Positions 49,767 through 59,307 of a DNA stretch of 64,000 bases are shown piece after piece. The stretch is from an uncultured virus (IMG/VR IMGVR_UViG_3300008954_000036). Taxonomy: Duplodnaviria > Heunggongvirae > Uroviricota > Caudoviricetes. The stretch lies in the IMG/VR virus record IMGVR_UViG_3300008954_000036; one strand, 5' to 3'. The first letter of the stretch is position 1. Each line of letters opens with the position of its first letter. The notes beneath the pieces are model-generated. The model saw only the letters and a list, made by a program, of their open reading frames with translations, ran no database searches and was not told the origin of the DNA. A program made the position numbers and the translations under genes.

Positions 49767-50357
49767 GTGCATTTTGATAAATGTATGCAAATAGTATGGG
49801 GCAATGAGGGGGTTTACTTTAACGAAGACGGAACCCTAAAAAAGGATGGAACCTATACCGCAGACGGAACGAGTACAAAATTTGGCATAGCGTATAAGTT
49901 TAATAAGGCCGAACTTTTAGAGTTTGGTATTAATAGCCCAGAACAGATGAACCAGCTTGGGGTTACCGCTGCTGCCGAAATTTACAAACGTAAATATTGG
50001 CACAAGTGCGGAGCAGAGACAATAAAAGATTATGCTCTTGCATACCTGATTTTTGATTGTGCTGTAAACCAGGGCATAGGAGCCTCTATAAGGATAGTGC
50101 AGGAGGCAATAAATACATTATCGGATAAGAAACCCATCAAAATAGACGGGGGCTTAGGGCCAGTTACCAAGGCTAAAATTTTAGAAGTTTCTGCTAATTA
50201 TTCTCATAGTTTTGCTAAGTTAGTTAGGATTCTCAGAGAACGAGAATACTACCAATCTTTATTTAACAGGTGCTTAAAAGCCCCGGACGAGGCAGAAGCT
50301 CTATTTCAAAGATTTGAAACCTCCTGGATGCGTAGACTAACAAAGGTAGAGCTGTGA
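49767..50357 (+). CDS. Endolysin (glycoside hydrolase family 108 with PG-binding domain)
   Basis: NEG...TKFGI...IYKRKYW...FDCAVNQG...DGGLGPVT...SWMRRL. Confidence 0.85.
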   Translation: MHFDKCMQIVWGNEGVYFNEDGTLKKDGTYTADGTSTKFGIAYKFNKAELLEFGINSPEQMNQLGVTAAAEIYKRKYWHKCGAETIKDYALAYLIFDCAVNQGIGASIRIVQEAINTLSDKKPIKIDGGLGPVTKAKILEVSANYSHSFAKLVRILREREYYQSLFNRCLKAPDEAEALFQRFETSWMRRLTKVEL

Positions 50358-51025
50358 ATATATTCAAAAAAGCTTTAAAAGTTCTACGCAAAGGAGCCGA
50401 CTCTGGGTTAATGGATTTCATACCTGGGGGTAAGGTTTTATCTGGTATTAGCAGTATCTTAGGCAAAGGAAAAATAACCGATGCCAGGGGTAATGTGATA
50501 GAAGGGGGGAAGTTTACCCTTACCCCTGAGCAAGGCAAGGAGCTTCAAGTAAAGAGTATGCAAATAAGCTTGCAGGAACTTGAAGAGAACCATGAGCATA
50601 TAGAAAAAAAGATGAGGCTAGAAATTGATCACTTTGAGGCGGAAACCCAAAGAACAGTAGCTTTTGAGGGTAGTTTCAAAGATATACCAGAAGAAGCAAA
50701 GCTTAAGCGATCTATGATTAGGCCCGATATTGTTAGGGATGTTTGGAATTTAGGTAAATGGATGTTCGGCGTAGAGGGTATTATACAGGTAGGAGTTCTA
50801 AGCTTTTCCATGTATAAGGCAGCTTCAATAGGGGGTAGTAGTGAAATAACCCAGGAAGCTGTTAATGCCTCTTTACAGGCATTAGAATCGTTTAAGTATA
50901 GGCTGTACCTACCTTGGGACTTCTATAGTTGGGTATTTTCAGGTACAGTTATGGTCTTTTTTGGAAGCAGAACCTTAGATAAAGGTGTTGCTACATATAA
51001 AAAGGGCGATAGTGCGGGGGTTTAA
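50354..51025 (+). CDS. Holin-like membrane protein
   Basis: Overlaps the endolysin; IRP...TM...TM...FFGSRTLDK pattern of 3TM-type holins. Confidence 0.6.
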   Translation: MNIFKKALKVLRKGADSGLMDFIPGGKVLSGISSILGKGKITDARGNVIEGGKFTLTPEQGKELQVKSMQISLQELEENHEHIEKKMRLEIDHFEAETQRTVAFEGSFKDIPEEAKLKRSMIRPDIVRDVWNLGKWMFGVEGIIQVGVLSFSMYKAASIGGSSEITQEAVNASLQALESFKYRLYLPWDFYSWVFSGTVMVFFGSRTLDKGVATYKKGDSAGV

Positions 51026-51648
51026 TGCCTAATAGAACAGAGATTTTTTTAGATAAAGCGGAATCGGAAATTTTATCTTTCGATTTCTCTGCCCTGCTCA
51101 GCGCAGGTGAGGCATATATAGCTTCGACTTACGCAGCTTTGCTTAATCAGGCTCTTACCTATACGGCAATTAAGCCAGGAACAGCAGGGAACGCAGTTAC
51201 TATTACCCTAGTTGACCCAGGTACATTACAAGCAACTACTACTTTTTCTGACTCAGGGAATGCTATAACTATAACCCTTAGGCACGACGGGGCCGCAATC
51301 ACGGCTACGGCAACCAACTTAGTTTCTGACTTTGCTTCTGCCCCTTCTTCTGTAAAGGCTTTGTTAAATATTACTGGGTCCGGGGCCTCGGTGCTTATGG
51401 CTGTGAGCAGTACGGCTTTATCTGGTGGAGTAGACAATTTAACGATTACTTGTTATGAGGTTTCTGGGACTACAGTAATAGATAAGACAGGGACTACGCT
51501 TCCGACTTTGCCGGTAAATATAATTAGTAATAAAGTAGAAACTAGGTTTGCCGGGGGGGACTCAACTAGGACTTATAGTGTTGAAGTACTAGTAAATACA
51601 GATAAGGGGCGGGTACTAAAAGCAGTACAGTACGTTAGTATTTACTAA
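51025..51648 (+). CDS. Fibre-tail adaptor-like structural protein with an inserted domain
   Basis: SFDFSALL...GE and FAGG...YSVEVLVNTDKGR framework interrupted by an LTYTAIKPGTAGNAVTI-type domain. Confidence 0.5.
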   Translation: MPNRTEIFLDKAESEILSFDFSALLSAGEAYIASTYAALLNQALTYTAIKPGTAGNAVTITLVDPGTLQATTTFSDSGNAITITLRHDGAAITATATNLVSDFASAPSSVKALLNITGSGASVLMAVSSTALSGGVDNLTITCYEVSGTTVIDKTGTTLPTLPVNIISNKVETRFAGGDSTRTYSVEVLVNTDKGRVLKAVQYVSIY

Positions 51649-52010
51649 TGGGAGTAAAGAATTCTACATATTTTAAAATCCCGCAAAAAGCAGATGCTAT
51701 TTTGGAAGATGGATCAATTTATTTTGATCCCGCCGATAAATTAAAAGTAACTGATTACAATTCAGTTGAAAAAACAGTAGCTTTTACTGGGGAAAATTCG
51801 GTAACATTTATTACTGGACCTGCAACTACGCATATAATTAATCACGGACTCGGTAAAGAAGACTTGGTTTATCAGGTAAGACTAGATAACGGGGGGAGTC
51901 CCGGACAATTACTAGAAGTCGAATCTGAGCCTACAGTAGGGAGTGAAACTACAGCAATCACCCATAGAACGGTGCAATCTTTAAAGCTTCACACTACTAT
52001 TTTAAATTAA
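51648..52010 (+). CDS. Structural protein; short paralog of the termini of 52032..53237
   Basis: IINHGLG...DNGGSP vs ITHNLN...DNAGNP. Confidence 0.5.
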   Translation: MGVKNSTYFKIPQKADAILEDGSIYFDPADKLKVTDYNSVEKTVAFTGENSVTFITGPATTHIINHGLGKEDLVYQVRLDNGGSPGQLLEVESEPTVGSETTAITHRTVQSLKLHTTILN

Positions 52011-52031
52011 TTATGACTTTGGAGGTCTAAA

Positions 52032-53237
52032 ATGGCTAAGCGTTTTGGTTCAAATATTCTTTTTCCACTCAATTCGAGTGATCCCGGCACACCTACGGAG
52101 GCGGAAGTCTGGTATAACAGCACTTTGGATAAGTTCAAGTACCAGGACGGTGCTGGAACTAAGGTTATCATGAGTGAGGAGCTTCTTGCTTCAACCACAG
52201 GAGGCGAAGGTTCCGGGCTTGTTGGGTTTTCCGATCCTACCAGTAACTTTACTGCTACTACTGTCCAAGCTGCCCTTGCTGAGATTAGAGATGATCTTCT
52301 TAGCGCAGCTAATGGTAATGGTGCTAGTACCGTTGGAGTAGAGGATTCAGTAGGAAACTTTACTGGGACGGATGTAGAAGCTGTATTGGCAGAAATTGAT
52401 CTACGTATTGATGGTATCACTACTGATCGAGACTTCGTTAATTCCGTTAACTTAGACGTTAACTATCTAATGAATGCTACGGGAACTCCCGCAGCAGGTT
52501 CAGGTAAAACAGAAGGTGAAATTCTGATCAATGCCGTTGATGAAAAGTATTGGAAAGTAGTTTCCGGTGCTTGGGCAGATCAAGGAGCCTTAGGTACTAA
52601 GCGTTTCGTTTTCAAAACAAGCGGTACCGGTACTGGAATGGCTAATGTTACTGCCACCAGCAATAACAAAATTTATGACGGAGAATTTTTCTCTACTGCC
52701 TTTACCCCTACGATTGGAACTACTTTCGATCATGAAGCAGATCAAAGACAGTGGACGTTTAATAATTCAAGTGTCTGGGTTAAAACCGGGGCCAGAATTA
52801 ATCACAATGATCATCCAGATTTGCAGGGCGGGGGAGCAGGAGACTACAACCACCTTACAACCGCAGAGCTAAATCTACTTCAAGAGATTGATAGTACGGC
52901 AGCTACAGAGGGGGCTACTAGAATTGCTCTGGATGCGGCTAGTACGGTTGGTGGTGTTTATTCTAATGTTCAAGCAGCTCTTACAGCCTTGTATGACGCA
53001 GGAGTAAATGCAACCGATACTTATACCGAAGGGGCAACTACCTTAGTAGCCACGGTTGCAGAAACTATTACCCATAATCTTAATAGCCGGTATGTTCACG
53101 TAACGGCTTATACAGACAACGCTGGTAATCCACAGAATGAGGAAGCGCTTGAAATTGCTGTTACAGGTTTAAACACCATTACAGCTACTTCTGTTCCTGG
53201 CGGAGCTTATCACTTTGTTGTATCTGCAAAAGAGTAA
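52032..53237 (+). CDS. Fibre/whisker-like structural protein
   Basis: NFTATTVQAALAEI-type repeats; HPDLQGG...YNHLT; followed by a terminator. Confidence 0.6.
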   Translation: MAKRFGSNILFPLNSSDPGTPTEAEVWYNSTLDKFKYQDGAGTKVIMSEELLASTTGGEGSGLVGFSDPTSNFTATTVQAALAEIRDDLLSAANGNGASTVGVEDSVGNFTGTDVEAVLAEIDLRIDGITTDRDFVNSVNLDVNYLMNATGTPAAGSGKTEGEILINAVDEKYWKVVSGAWADQGALGTKRFVFKTSGTGTGMANVTATSNNKIYDGEFFSTAFTPTIGTTFDHEADQRQWTFNNSSVWVKTGARINHNDHPDLQGGGAGDYNHLTTAELNLLQEIDSTAATEGATRIALDAASTVGGVYSNVQAALTALYDAGVNATDTYTEGATTLVATVAETITHNLNSRYVHVTAYTDNAGNPQNEEALEIAVTGLNTITATSVPGGAYHFVVSAKE

Positions 53238-53253
53238 TAGTTTCTGTTAAGAT

Positions 53254-53295
53254 ATAGTGAGCTGAGGGTTACACCTGTCCTCACTCACTATTTTT
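53254..53295 (+). terminator. Terminator-like hairpin
   Basis: ATAGTGAG-C-TGAGG...CCTCA-CTCACTAT-TTTT. Confidence 0.55.
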
Positions 53296-53312
53296 GTATA
53301 AAAGGAAAGGCT

Positions 53313-53774
53313 ATGTCTAAAATTACTAAAATCAGCAAAAAGAAGGAAGATTTACCAGCATTCGATCCTGAACAGGTAAAACGAATGACAATAAACGAAG
53401 AAGACTCTGAGCGACTTGAGAAATTATATGATAAGCAAACAGAGTATGAGCAGGCTTTTATTAGGGCGCAGCTTCAAATAGAGGAAGCAGAGCGTCAAGT
53501 GGCAAAATGGCAGGGGGTACTTGCAACTTCTAAAAAAGAAAAAACTAAGTATATGATTGGCATTGAAGACAGCTCCAAACAAGCAGAAACGGCTCTGAAA
53601 GCTACAATTCTTAAATACTTACCAGAGGTTGCCAAAAAAGATATCCCTGAGGATAAATTAGATGAAAAACTAGAGGGAGCGATTCGTCTTGGGCCTAACG
53701 TGGAACTAGCAAAAAGGCAAGTCACCATCAACCCCAAGATTGAACTAAGATGGGATGATTCAGTATCTAGTTAA
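53313..53774 (+). CDS. Hypothetical coiled-coil protein
   Basis: 153-aa ORF with an RBS. Confidence 0.55.
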   Translation: MSKITKISKKKEDLPAFDPEQVKRMTINEEDSERLEKLYDKQTEYEQAFIRAQLQIEEAERQVAKWQGVLATSKKEKTKYMIGIEDSSKQAETALKATILKYLPEVAKKDIPEDKLDEKLEGAIRLGPNVELAKRQVTINPKIELRWDDSVSS

Positions 53775-54786
53775 TAATAGCACAGGGAACGCAGAAATCT
53801 CAGAAGTGGGGTTCGTTCCTTATGAGTTTGAATTTACAACTCAAGCTAAATCTGATGGCTATTTTGACTTAGGTTTCCTAGTATCTAACCCTAAAGAAGT
53901 CTTTGCTAAGATACCCGGAGGCCCGTGGCTGGATAACAGTTTATGGCTTTCTACCGATCCCCCGGACTTTATTTTAAGCACAGTATCTAACCAAACTAGG
54001 TTTACTTTTGTTGACCCTAGTTTATCTGCCGGGCTTCCAAAAACAGGAACTAAGCTTATAGTATTGGTTAAGAAGCTGGATAATAAAGGAGAGGTAGCCT
54101 TGAACAGTGGTATAAGAACTAATGTCTCCTATTTAAAAAGTACCGATACCTTATCTATAGAAGCTTGGTTTACACAGAACAGCAAGACTGTACTAACTGC
54201 TACTAGCTGTACCATTACTGTTTATAATGATGACGGAGGTATTATTTATGCTCCGGCTGCAAGCACAGACTCAAACGGGGAAGGCGTATTCAAGTTTAGT
54301 AAAAACCCCTCAGGACTAGTACCGGAAGATTCCTACAGAGCTAAAATTGTAATTGTCATAGACGGGAATACCTATAATGAAATGATCTCCATAGGGAAAA
54401 TTGATATTACTGATAATCCCGTTGGGATAGCAGACCAAGTATGGGACGAGCTTTTAGCAGAACATACTATAGCAGGCTCTATGGCTCAATCTATGGATGA
54501 TGCAGTAGAAGGTAACTTAGGTGATATAGCGGAAGCAGTCTGGGATGCAGTTATCAAAAATTATGACGATCCTGGCAGCTCAGGAAGAGCTTTAAATGAT
54601 ATTTGGGGTATCTCAGGTGTTAATCATAAGAAAACCTTCTCATACCTCGCTAATGGGAGCCTGGATACCGTTACTATAAATCTTTACTGGGATAAGAACC
54701 TTACAGACCTTAGAAAGACTATTACAGGTCAGGTTTCAAGCTACCTAGGAGCTTTACCGGGTCTTTTAGAAATTAAGGATTCATAA
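53755..54786 (+). CDS. Putative virion structural protein
   Basis: IADQVWDE / IAEAVWDA repeats. Confidence 0.55.
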   Translation: MIQYLVNNSTGNAEISEVGFVPYEFEFTTQAKSDGYFDLGFLVSNPKEVFAKIPGGPWLDNSLWLSTDPPDFILSTVSNQTRFTFVDPSLSAGLPKTGTKLIVLVKKLDNKGEVALNSGIRTNVSYLKSTDTLSIEAWFTQNSKTVLTATSCTITVYNDDGGIIYAPAASTDSNGEGVFKFSKNPSGLVPEDSYRAKIVIVIDGNTYNEMISIGKIDITDNPVGIADQVWDELLAEHTIAGSMAQSMDDAVEGNLGDIAEAVWDAVIKNYDDPGSSGRALNDIWGISGVNHKKTFSYLANGSLDTVTINLYWDKNLTDLRKTITGQVSSYLGALPGLLEIKDS

Positions 54787-55034
54787 TGCCTGTGGCTACT
54801 GTTAAGGGGTATGTAAGGGGAGTAGAAGAAGATACCCATAAAAAGCCCCTAGAAATTACCAGTCCGGGGATAACAGGAGATTCTTTAGGGTGCTTAACCG
54901 GGGGTGTTTTATCTGCTAAAGCCCACCTTAAAACCGTGGCTATAACTAAAGGGTATATAACTTCCGTAGCAAAAACCGTAAAAGGGTTTATAGGCAATAG
55001 CCCTATAATTATCAAAGGATTTGTAAAAAGATGA
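54786..55034 (+). CDS. Hypothetical protein with KGY/KGF repeats
   Basis: TAATG and ATGA coupling on both sides. Confidence 0.5.
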   Translation: MPVATVKGYVRGVEEDTHKKPLEITSPGITGDSLGCLTGGVLSAKAHLKTVAITKGYITSVAKTVKGFIGNSPIIIKGFVKR

Positions 55035-55387
55035 GTGTACCTGTAATAAAAATAGGCGAAGGCAGAACTATAAGGTATGAGCATCACACAGACCCGGACG
55101 ATCCTTTGAAAAACATTGATTCCACACCCATCGAAGACCTATCAACGATCACTCTTGCGCTGTCAAAAATGTTCTTTAGAAGCCCCGCTTTGCAGGTGAC
55201 AGAAATAGTACCGTCGTTCACTACAGACGGCTCTGATGGCCTTCTTGAGTATGCGATACAAGGCAATGAGGAGTGGTTGGATGTTGCAGGGGATTGGCTT
55301 TTTTGGACTCAGCCATACTTCTCAGCAGGATCAGCCCCTATGTCCGATCCTAAGCCTTTTACTGTTAAATACGCAGTAGATTTGTAA
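55031..55387 (+). CDS. Putative Ig-like structural protein (BppU N-terminal-like)
   Basis: DLSTIT...DGLLEY...LDVAGDW...FTV pattern. Confidence 0.45.
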   Translation: MSVPVIKIGEGRTIRYEHHTDPDDPLKNIDSTPIEDLSTITLALSKMFFRSPALQVTEIVPSFTTDGSDGLLEYAIQGNEEWLDVAGDWLFWTQPYFSAGSAPMSDPKPFTVKYAVDL

Positions 55388-55474
55388 GTGATATTACAAA
55401 TACAAGCAGAAATATCCCTATTATTAAAGCACAGGATAAATAATCTACTAAATCCTTCTTAAAGCTACGCTTTT

Positions 55475-56002
55475 CTACAGTTTTCTTCGATTTCGCAAGT
55501 CTATTCCGTATTTATTAAGCATTTTAATAAGCACTTTTTTATCGTGTAAATTAAATATGGGTATGCCTAAATCCCTGGCAAATCGTAAAGCTTGACCGGT
55601 TCCGCCGGAATCTAATCCGTCCCTTGTCCAGCAGATAACAGCTTTACTGTGTGTTTTATTAGCTAGTCCGACAATTTGGTGCATGTTTCTAGCCATAAGA
55701 GCTTTCACGCCTCGTTTTAAAGAGTACCAATTTGGGTGGTATTTCTCTGCTAACTTATAGGCCCAGTCTTGAGGCTCAAAGAAAGGGGATTGGTTACCAT
55801 TAAAACCCTCCCAAGGTAGGTATATATGTTTATTTATGTGATTAGTAACTCCAAACTCGAAAGCAGAGTCTGCACCGTAGGCTCCGCCCGATCTAAGCGT
55901 GTACCCTCTGCTCTCTAAGTGCCTAGCAATCCTAATCATGTATGCTCGTATTTTTGTAGGGGTAGCTCTTGCCCCTATGCCTGTATAGTATTTACGTGTC
56001 AC
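55475..56002 (-). CDS. DprA/Smf-like SLOG-fold protein
   Basis: YTGIGARATP...LRSGGAYGADSAFE...ARN...GGTGQALRFA...IPIFNL. Confidence 0.8.
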   Translation of the reverse strand: MTRKYYTGIGARATPTKIRAYMIRIARHLESRGYTLRSGGAYGADSAFEFGVTNHINKHIYLPWEGFNGNQSPFFEPQDWAYKLAEKYHPNWYSLKRGVKALMARNMHQIVGLANKTHSKAVICWTRDGLDSGGTGQALRFARDLGIPIFNLHDKKVLIKMLNKYGIDLRNRRKL

Positions 56003-56040
56003 TCAAGCTCTCCATAACTCTAACGTGGTGGGATATTCCA

Positions 56041-57375
56041 TTACTCTTCCTCCATTCTTAATCTAGTCATATCAACCTTAACCATCACGGTTTTATACTT
56101 ATTCCCTACCCTGTTTCTGGCTATGTAGAAGATAAATTTTACGTCTTCCATATCCTGATTTTCATTCTTCTGCAGTTCATTGATAGATACCAAGCAATCC
56201 GGCACTTGCCCCACGGCTTTAGCCTTTCCACAATTCTGTAATTTCAGGGTTTTTACTCTAGGGTCTTTTTCCGCTGCCTGTATTGCTCCAATACCCGCAA
56301 CCTCCAATTTTCTAAAAACCCTTTTTACTGCCCTATGTATATCTTCTATTTGTTTCCAGTTCCCCTGTCCCCCCTCTTCCCCTTCCACTTTAGTTTCCGG
56401 TTCTAATAGTTGGGGGTAATCAATAATCACAATATCAAGCTTGATACCTTCTACCTTCTCTAGTTTTCTGGCTAAGTTATACACTCCCGTAGGCGTAAGC
56501 TTATACTCATCACGTTCTACCACAAATAACTTGCCTAATCTCTTATTATCTACTAATTCCTCATGTTTTTGTATAGCTTTGCTTGCTGCCATGTCCGGCG
56601 TTAATCTATGCCTTTGCACACCGGTAGCGGCAGAAACATACTTTTTATAGATTTCTGCTTTGCTGTCCTCAAGGGTAATATGTAGTACATTTCTGAGGTT
56701 TAGCCTTGCTTGATGCCCAAGAGCAACCATAGCAGTAGTTTTACATACGTTCGGGTAACTTAGGAAACAGAAGTACTCTCCTCTCGCTATCCCGCCATCT
56801 AAAATACTCTGATCATTCAGCGTAGGGGTAAATGTAGGGCAAACTATCTCCCTGGTCTTAGGGTCTAGTAATATGTGTATATCTTTGGATATCTCTGTAA
56901 AGTCTGCCTCTCCTACTTTTCCGATATCAGCCAGCTTTTCCATATCCACCATCATTCGATTGAAGTCTATTTTTCCGCTTTCTTCAAAAGAATCAACATG
57001 AGAATTTAGAAATTTAATCCCTTCCATGTGCTGAATAAATGGGATTAGCTTATCTGATACCCAATCAGAATCAGGTAGGTTAGACCACACAGATTTAACT
57101 AAAGTGTAAACATCCTGCTTAGCGGCGGCGTTCTTTAAAGCATCCGGTAGATTATTACTGTCGTACAGTGTTTTTATATGTATCCCTATTTCGCTCTTTT
57201 TAGGGCAACGTTCATATTTTTTGGCAAAGTCTACTAATACTGCCAATAGTATTTTCTGTGATGCAGACCTAAAGTATGCCTCATCTAGCACAGAGTAAAA
57301 ATTAAGTAAAAATTCCCTATTCTGTAGGCATAGAGATAAAACCTGTTTTGCAAAGTTGTTGTTATCAAACAGCAC
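56041..57375 (-). CDS. Replicative DNA helicase (DnaB/T4 gp41-like)
   Basis: GGIARGE, PNVCKTT (Walker A variant), ITLED, IIDY, ARNR. Confidence 0.8.
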   Translation of the reverse strand: MLFDNNNFAKQVLSLCLQNREFLLNFYSVLDEAYFRSASQKILLAVLVDFAKKYERCPKKSEIGIHIKTLYDSNNLPDALKNAAAKQDVYTLVKSVWSNLPDSDWVSDKLIPFIQHMEGIKFLNSHVDSFEESGKIDFNRMMVDMEKLADIGKVGEADFTEISKDIHILLDPKTREIVCPTFTPTLNDQSILDGGIARGEYFCFLSYPNVCKTTAMVALGHQARLNLRNVLHITLEDSKAEIYKKYVSAATGVQRHRLTPDMAASKAIQKHEELVDNKRLGKLFVVERDEYKLTPTGVYNLARKLEKVEGIKLDIVIIDYPQLLEPETKVEGEEGGQGNWKQIEDIHRAVKRVFRKLEVAGIGAIQAAEKDPRVKTLKLQNCGKAKAVGQVPDCLVSINELQKNENQDMEDVKFIFYIARNRVGNKYKTVMVKVDMTRLRMEEE

Positions 57376-57991
57376 TTGAATTCTCCTTCTTGTAAAATTT
57401 AAGCCAATACCACGTATTAAACGGGTACATAGCTTTTTCGTACTCCTTCATTATTTGTTTTCCTATCTGGAATTGATTAATTACTTTTAACCTTTTAGTA
57501 AAATCATCCGGCAAAGAACCCCACACTAAGCATGGGTAGTGTAATGCCTTCCACCAAGAGTATATTAAGGGGTTTGCTTGTATTAGAAGGTACTTATCTT
57601 CGTCTTCCCGCATACTGTGATACTTGGTAAAGTATTCTTGAGAGGATTTCTGAATCCTGCTTCTTATTTTCTCCAGGTCTAGCCTATTCCCATTTTCTTG
57701 ATTAAATTTCTCCGGGAAAATGTTTTCTCTATTAAGTAGTATCCTTTTAATGGCAAACTCAAAATCCCCTCTTATCATTCCCGACGGCTTAAAAACCAAA
57801 TCATAGTCTTTGCAGTACCATATCCACCATTTTACTAGAGCTTCTATAGGCATTTTGTATTGGTTTTCCACGTAGCCTAAACAATCCCCTAAAAGTTTTG
57901 TTTTAGACTCAGTTAACCCCCATTTTAATTCTTCATCATAGAATTTTAGGTATAGTCTACTGACTAATTCTTTTATATCTTCATTGTCCAT
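57365..57991 (-). CDS. Hypothetical protein (possible helicase accessory)
   Basis: Overlaps the helicase start. Confidence 0.55.
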   Translation of the reverse strand: MDNEDIKELVSRLYLKFYDEELKWGLTESKTKLLGDCLGYVENQYKMPIEALVKWWIWYCKDYDLVFKPSGMIRGDFEFAIKRILLNRENIFPEKFNQENGNRLDLEKIRSRIQKSSQEYFTKYHSMREDEDKYLLIQANPLIYSWWKALHYPCLVWGSLPDDFTKRLKVINQFQIGKQIMKEYEKAMYPFNTWYWLKFYKKENSSAV

Positions 57992-58229
57992 AAAATCTCT
58001 TACTGTTTGGTTTGGTAGGGTACAGGCATCAATAAGAATAAAGTCTGTACCCCTTGAAAAGAAAAAAGGGTAAAAAAGAAAACTGACCCCATGATGCCCC
58101 GGTTTTTACCCGGTGTCAAATTGGCTATACAAAGCTCAAAGTAAAATACCTGATCCAAGTTTTGAATTTTGCCGAACTTCTCCCAAATTCATACATTTTC
58201 AAACAATTTTATACGAATATAGAAAAAGA

Positions 58230-58259
58230 TTGACAAACCCAAACAAGTCGAGGTATATT
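58230..58259 (+). promoter_or_regulatory. Sigma70-like promoter of the primase/polymerase operon
   Basis: TTGACA-N18-TATATT, preceded by TACGAATATAG. Confidence 0.65.
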
Positions 58260-58296
58260 GAAAATGGGCCTCTGAATCCGGCCCAGGAGTAAGAGA

Positions 58297-59244
58297 ATGG
58301 CCTTAGGCGATAAAAGATTCAAAAGAAAGCAGATTACCTCAAAGTTTTACGGTTTAGTAAATAATACCGAACTTAGGTATGACTGCCCAGAATGTACGGA
58401 CACTAAGGGCCGCTTTTTTCTGAATCGTAATACTCAGAAATTTATCTGCCATAATTGCGGTATCCGTGGTCAAGTTTCTGAATTCGCTGTTGAGCAGTTT
58501 AAGAAAGCGGAAACGGGCGAATTGAAATATGCGGGGATGGCGCTATCGGAAGTAGATGCCTCCGAGTATAAGGTTAGGCTTGACCTAGAAGATGATAAAG
58601 AAGCTTTTACTAAGTTTATGTCTTCTAGGGGTTTTCAGGATGTAGAACAGTTTCCTGTTATTCCAATGTGTAAAAATGTGCAGTACAGAAATAGATTAGC
58701 AATTAAGTGTACTTCTATTTTATCTACTAAAGAGTTTTGGAACTTACGGGATATAACAGGTAAGGCGGATAAGAAAGTATTGTTTCCTAAAACTTGCGCT
58801 AATATTGCTAGAAAATCTAATGCTGTTTTATGGAACCCTGCAGTTAATATTAAAGAATTACTTATAACTAAGGGCAGTATTATACCTGTAGTAGTAGAGG
58901 GGGATATGGCCGCATTATCAGTTTTTAGAAAACTGGGGAATAATTACTACATAGGGTTAGCTGTTTTTGGTAAGGATATATCTGCTGCACAGGCTAGGTA
59001 TTTATCTAGTTTTAAAGAAGTTCTTTATATGCCGGATGCAGACACTACAACTAAAGAACAAGAGAAAGCTATAAATAAACTTATGTTGGGCGGTTGCGAA
59101 GAAGTTAAAGTTTACCAAGGCTCACAGTATTTAGATGGTAAAGATGACGCTAACGATATTTTTAAGAGACAGGGTAACTGGGATTGGTTTAACCCTAGTA
59201 CGTTTACTAAAAGATCAGTTAGTAAGATAAAACTAAAACTTTGA
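58297..59244 (+). CDS. DNA primase (zinc finger + TOPRIM)
   Basis: CPEC...CHNC; VVVEG; PDAD; KDDAND. Confidence 0.8.
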   Translation: MALGDKRFKRKQITSKFYGLVNNTELRYDCPECTDTKGRFFLNRNTQKFICHNCGIRGQVSEFAVEQFKKAETGELKYAGMALSEVDASEYKVRLDLEDDKEAFTKFMSSRGFQDVEQFPVIPMCKNVQYRNRLAIKCTSILSTKEFWNLRDITGKADKKVLFPKTCANIARKSNAVLWNPAVNIKELLITKGSIIPVVVEGDMAALSVFRKLGNNYYIGLAVFGKDISAAQARYLSSFKEVLYMPDADTTTKEQEKAINKLMLGGCEEVKVYQGSQYLDGKDDANDIFKRQGNWDWFNPSTFTKRSVSKIKLKL

Positions 59245-59307
59245 ATCAGTGTTCAAAGATTAACAGGTTACAGGCTGACCTACTAAAAGCCTATAAGGAG
59301 ATTTGAT

